From a virus: a DNA stretch of 64,000 bases. This document shows positions 59,918-64,000 of the stretch, one piece after another. The notes under the pieces are model-generated. The model saw only the letters and a program-made list of their open reading frames with translations, had not been told where the DNA came from and did no database searches. Where the stretch lies: positions 32,732 to 96,731 of IMG/VR virus record IMGVR_UViG_3300035698_007355; one strand, given 5' to 3'. Within the stretch, counting starts at the first letter, position 1, and the number at the start of each line of letters is the position of its first letter. The position numbers and the translations under genes were made by a program.

Positions 59918-60900
59918 ATCATATTGCAGATTTCTGTGAAGGAGCAGAAAGAATATTTACGAGTACAACAACTCTTAAAAATGTTAAAAATAGTAATATC
60001 AATATTAGTAAAGACGAGATAAGACGTTCTCGATGGTCTAAAAATTATGATTGTATATTTAATTATACATTAGACATAACAAAGGATATTACTTTAAATG
60101 AACAAATAAGACATATGAAGACAATTGAATTATATTATCCTAATATGTTTTCATGGCGATTCGATGGTAAATACATTGAAGCTATTGCTATGATTCCTAT
60201 GCATAAAAAGAATTTAGGAATATTTACAAGATATAGAGGTCAGATGAACTTCATAAAATATCTTAGAAAACAATTAGTAAATATATTGAAGTTTAGAGGA
60301 GCATCTAATTATCATTATAATGGAACAATAGAAGATTTAGTATATGCTACAGGCTCTATTAATTCTACCTCTCAATTGTATGTGGTAGATATTTCACCAA
60401 AGAGTACAATATTTGAAATACTTAAAATGTCTAACGATAGAAAACTTGACTCTATTGGTATAAAAGAATTAGATATGAGATACTGGGTGCGAGAAATCAA
60501 TCCAGATTTCTATAAAGCTAATTCATTCACCGAAGTTAAAAACAAAAAAGTAAAAGCGACACAAGAGTCGTTTGGAACTTACCCTCCTTGTATCAAAAAA
60601 CTAGCAAGTTTACCAAAGAAAGGAAATTATAACAGATTTCTGTTAGCAACATTTTTATTAGGTATGCACGGTGAAAGAGATGCTAAACAACAATTTGATA
60701 TGATGTTAACTGATAGAGAACGTAATCACGTTAACAATGGTAATTGTAAAGACCAATGGAGAACAATAGTAACTAAGGGTTATAATCCTCCTAGTTGTAA
60801 AACAATGATAGAAGCTGGGCTTTGTCCTGGAGATTGTGGTAGACCTATGCCTACATATATAGAAGAAACAGAAAAAGAGGTAAAAGAAAATGAAAGTTAA
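59914..60900 (+). CDS. Primase large subunit-like protein (Fe-S C-terminal domain)
   Basis: YPPCIKKL, RFLLATFL, YNPPSCKTM..GLCPGDC. Confidence 0.7.
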   Translation: MNHIADFCEGAERIFTSTTTLKNVKNSNINISKDEIRRSRWSKNYDCIFNYTLDITKDITLNEQIRHMKTIELYYPNMFSWRFDGKYIEAIAMIPMHKKNLGIFTRYRGQMNFIKYLRKQLVNILKFRGASNYHYNGTIEDLVYATGSINSTSQLYVVDISPKSTIFEILKMSNDRKLDSIGIKELDMRYWVREINPDFYKANSFTEVKNKKVKATQESFGTYPPCIKKLASLPKKGNYNRFLLATFLLGMHGERDAKQQFDMMLTDRERNHVNNGNCKDQWRTIVTKGYNPPSCKTMIEAGLCPGDCGRPMPTYIEETEKEVKENES

Positions 60901-61334
60901 TTGGTGGAAAGATGGCGAGTGTTAGAAAATGTTTAGATTGTGAACAAAAACGGTATGTTAATTATACTGGATGTTGTAAAAGATGTAACACTGCACGTGG
61001 AAAAAAAGCGTGGTTAAAAAATAAAATGGAAGGAGTGATTTAAATGCCGTGTCAAGCGTGTGGGTGTAGAGCAGAAGTTTATAAGAAATTTGGTTCAAAA
61101 TATTTTTGTGAAAAACATTATAAGATTTTTGTAATGTTAGATAGAGGTGTAGAATGAGTAGATATGATGATAGAATAAAATGTTTCAAATGCCACAAGTA
61201 TATATATCCTGTAAGTTTAACTAATACAGATAGTAAAACTTGGTGTGGTTGTGATAAAGTAGGTGTCCCAGATGGTTGGAGTGGAAATAAATATGTGCAA
61301 CCAAAAAGAAAATGGAAATAAGAGGTAAAAAAGA

Positions 61335-62084
61335 ATGAGATTTTTACATATAAAAGAAAAAGAATTGAAAGAAGATAGTATAGAATTAATCCCTATTGGG
61401 GATGTTCATTATGGAGCAAAGGAATTTAATTTAAAGAAGTTCCAAGACAATGTAGCATATGTTAAGAAAACTAAAAATGCCAGAGTTATACTTATGGGAG
61501 ATTTAGTTGATATTGGATTGAAAGACAGTATTGGAGCCGGAACATTTGATAATGATTCAGACCCTGAAACACAAATAGATAATATAGTAGATTTACTAAT
61601 GCCTATTAAGAATAAAATATTGTGTTTAATTGGTGGTAATCACGAAGAACGTATCCGTATGAGAACAAGTATAGATATTAACAAACTAATCGCTAAAGCA
61701 TTAGATACTACTTATGTTGGTTCAATGTGCTTAATGAAAATTATGGTTGGTAAACAAAATTATGTTGTATTTGCAGCACACGGAGCAACCGGAGCATTAT
61801 CTCCTGCTGGAAAGATTAACGCTGTAATGAGATATGGAGCTTATATTGACGCTGATTTATATTTAATGGGTCACGTACACGAATTGTTACATCACACCAG
61901 TGAATATTTCAGAGTAGATATTGGTAATAAACAAATTGTCAAAGATAAAAGACACTATGTTGTAACTGGACATTATCTGAACTATGGTGGTTACGCAGAA
62001 GCTAAAGGTTATGCGCCTGGTAAATCTGGTTCGCCTAACGTAAAACTCCTGAAAGATACAAAGAGAATTAGAGTTAGCATTTAG
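61335..62084 (+). CDS. Calcineurin-like metallophosphoesterase, paralog of 18025-18843
   Basis: GDVHYG, MGDL, GNHE, AHG, GHVH. Confidence 0.85.
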   Translation: MRFLHIKEKELKEDSIELIPIGDVHYGAKEFNLKKFQDNVAYVKKTKNARVILMGDLVDIGLKDSIGAGTFDNDSDPETQIDNIVDLLMPIKNKILCLIGGNHEERIRMRTSIDINKLIAKALDTTYVGSMCLMKIMVGKQNYVVFAAHGATGALSPAGKINAVMRYGAYIDADLYLMGHVHELLHHTSEYFRVDIGNKQIVKDKRHYVVTGHYLNYGGYAEAKGYAPGKSGSPNVKLLKDTKRIRVSI

Positions 62085-62091
62085 GGCTAAT

Positions 62092-62106
62092 CGAAAGTTT
62101 TAAATA
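62092..62106 (+). promoter_or_regulatory. BRE-TATA promoter of RNR
   Basis: CGAAAGTTTTAAATA. Confidence 0.55.
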
Positions 62107-62160
62107 TCAGAACTTACATACTGATATTCTAAACAATTTTCTAATGGAGGATAAGTAAAA

Positions 62161-64000
62161 ATGAGCATGTTTAATGAGAATGGAGCCAGGTCTATCTATT
62201 TTAGCCTGAAAGAAGAATTCCTAAATAAATTTAAATGGAAACAACCGAATTGGGGACCTATTGGGTATATCACCTATAAGAGAACCTATGCTAGAGATAT
62301 GGGTAGTGGAAGGTCAGAAGAGTATTGGAACACTATACAAAGAGTAGTTGAAGGAGTATTCACTATTCAAAAAAGATATTGTTATATCTATAAACTACCT
62401 TGGAAAGAAGCTATGGCACAGAGAAGTGCTCAGAAGATGTTTCAGCTTATGTGGGATTTTAAATTCACACCTCCAGGTCGTGGTCTATGGATGATGGGAA
62501 CAGATTATATTTTAGAACATGGTAGTGCAGCATTAAATAATTGTTTCGGTGGTGATACGGAATTTTATACAAATAAAGGAACAGTAAAATTTTCAGATGT
62601 TATCGGTGAAACCCTTGATGTTCTTACTATGAATAATGAGTATAAACCAGCAAAAGTAAAATCTTATGGTAAACAGAAATTACAAAAAGTAATTTTTAAA
62701 CCCGTTAAAAGAAGTAATCATAGAATAGAATATGATGTTACCAAAAATCATAAATGGATATTAAATAATGGATTGGAAACAACTGATATTAGAGTCGGTG
62801 ATAAAATACTCAGAACTAATATTACACAAGATGTTAAAAATGATAAAAAATATGATGAAGGATTTGCACACGGAATAATATTTGGTGATGGAACACAAAA
62901 TACATATTATCCAAAAAGACATTTTATAAGATTATGTGATAAAAAAGATAGAGATAATATTATAAAATTATTAGAAAGTATTGAAGGATATAAAAGCACA
63001 ACATATCCGAAATCATTTAAAGGAGACCCTGTTGTAACTATAATAAGAGAAGAAAATTGGAAACAATTACCAATCAACAATTCAGATGATGATTACATAT
63101 TAGGGTTTCTAGAAGGATGGATTTATGCCGACGCTCATAATAAACCATTTGGGCAAATATGTATGAATACCCAAAACAATGAAGCATCCGATTGGTTAAT
63201 AAAAAACTCTGCTAAAGTGGGTTATTTTGTAACTGGACATTCTATAGATGTTAGGGACACGAATTATGGAAAAAGAAAGAATCCATTACATAAAATAAGT
63301 ATGGATAATGCTCCAATAATATATGTTGTAGAAAAAATAATTAATGAAGGACGAGAAGAAGAAGTTTTCTGTGTAGAAGAACCAGAAACACACACATTTA
63401 CACTGGCGGGTGGAATACCTACTGGGAATTGTGCCTTTACCAGTACCGAAAATATCGGGGTTGATTTCGCAGAACCTTTTACATTTTTAATGGACATGAG
63501 TATGTTGGGCGTAGGAGTTGGGGGAGATACAAAAGGTGCTGGTAAAGTTACCATCAGAAGTCCTACAGTAGAAAAAGACTCTAAATTAGTAGTAGCTGAT
63601 ACTAGAGAAGGTTGGATTGACTTACTAAGAATATTATTAAATTCTTATGTAAAAAATAGCCAATTACCAGAGAACATTGACTATAGCCAAGTACGAAAAT
63701 TGGGAGAACCAATTAAAGGATTTGGTGGAGTTGCAAGTGGGCCTGGACCTTTAATGGAAATGTATGACGACATTAAAAATCTATTAGACTCTAGAATTGG
63801 TAATAAAATAACATCATCAGATATTGTAGACATTTTTAATCTAATTGGTAGATGTGTAGTATCAGGTAACGTAAGACGATGTCTTCCAGAAAATACTATG
63901 ATTCATACTAATGAAGGTTTAATATCTATTAAAGATGTTAAAAAAGGATTAATGGTTAGAACATCTGATGGTTGGAAAGAAATTACTGAAAATATATATC
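62161..64000 (+). CDS. nrdJ: Class II (adenosylcobalamin) ribonucleotide reductase, partial, two inteins
   Basis: Manually translated: YKRTYAR, RVVEG, PPGRGLW, ALNN|CAF, MLGVGVG, ASGPGPL, VVSGNVRR|; runs off the window. Confidence 0.9.
   Translation, partial: MSMFNENGARSIYFSLKEEFLNKFKWKQPNWGPIGYITYKRTYARDMGSGRSEEYWNTIQRVVEGVFTIQKRYCYIYKLPWKEAMAQRSAQKMFQLMWDFKFTPPGRGLWMMGTDYILEHGSAALNNCFGGDTEFYTNKGTVKFSDVIGETLDVLTMNNEYKPAKVKSYGKQKLQKVIFKPVKRSNHRIEYDVTKNHKWILNNGLETTDIRVGDKILRTNITQDVKNDKKYDEGFAHGIIFGDGTQNTYYPKRHFIRLCDKKDRDNIIKLLESIEGYKSTTYPKSFKGDPVVTIIREENWKQLPINNSDDDYILGFLEGWIYADAHNKPFGQICMNTQNNEASDWLIKNSAKVGYFVTGHSIDVRDTNYGKRKNPLHKISMDNAPIIYVVEKIINEGREEEVFCVEEPETHTFTLAGGIPTGNCAFTSTENIGVDFAEPFTFLMDMSMLGVGVGGDTKGAGKVTIRSPTVEKDSKLVVADTREGWIDLLRILLNSYVKNSQLPENIDYSQVRKLGEPIKGFGGVASGPGPLMEMYDDIKNLLDSRIGNKITSSDIVDIFNLIGRCVVSGNVRRCLPENTMIHTNEGLISIKDVKKGLMVRTSDGWKEITENIY
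62542..63429 (+). mobile_element. Intein 1 in NrdJ (296 aa)
   Basis: CFGGDT...TKNH...GIIFGDG...FLEGWIYAD...PTGN|C. Confidence 0.88.
63880..64000 (+). mobile_element. Intein 2 in NrdJ (5' part only)
   Basis: GNVRR|CLPENTMIHTNEGLISIKDVKKG. Confidence 0.8.

Noticed and set aside
1023-63554. Numerous antisense ORFs in the track (for example 1023, 3948, 33363, 40231, 57604, 63264)
   Set aside because: Shadow frames of well-supported genes, with no RBS or recognisable motifs

Overview
AT-rich segment of a large head-tail dsDNA virus of an archaeon. Evidence: BRE-TATA promoters (CGAAAcaTTTATA[T/A]A), GAGGTGA ribosome-binding sites, PCNA, RadA, PolB and an Fe-S primase large subunit. Layout: (i) 1-6766, minus strand, head module (portal, protease, ChaB, scaffold, major capsid protein); (ii) 7-20 kb, a glycosylation island (Gmd with intein, His-type ColD-like enzyme, glycosyltransferases) between a candidate small terminase and the large terminase, then a tRNA cluster; (iii) ~21.4-26.7 kb, a repeat-rich modular region, probably the genome end or first-expressed region, including ~1.75 kb almost free of GG/CC; (iv) 27-38 kb, ~16 small, mostly SH3/KOW-like proteins sharing a terminal W[KR]x[RHNT]Y motif, flanking a complete ubiquitin-like conjugation operon (Ubl, coiled-coil/E2, JAB, E1); (v) 38-64 kb, replication and nucleotide metabolism (Cas4-like nuclease, RNA ligase, DNA MTase, ATPase, PCNA, RadA, PduO, PolB with intein, PriL, class II RNR with two inteins). 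Best candidate for a new system: a virus-encoded Ubl ligase pathway with a diversified set of motif-tagged adaptors or substrates. All calls come from motif reading by eye; no searches were run.
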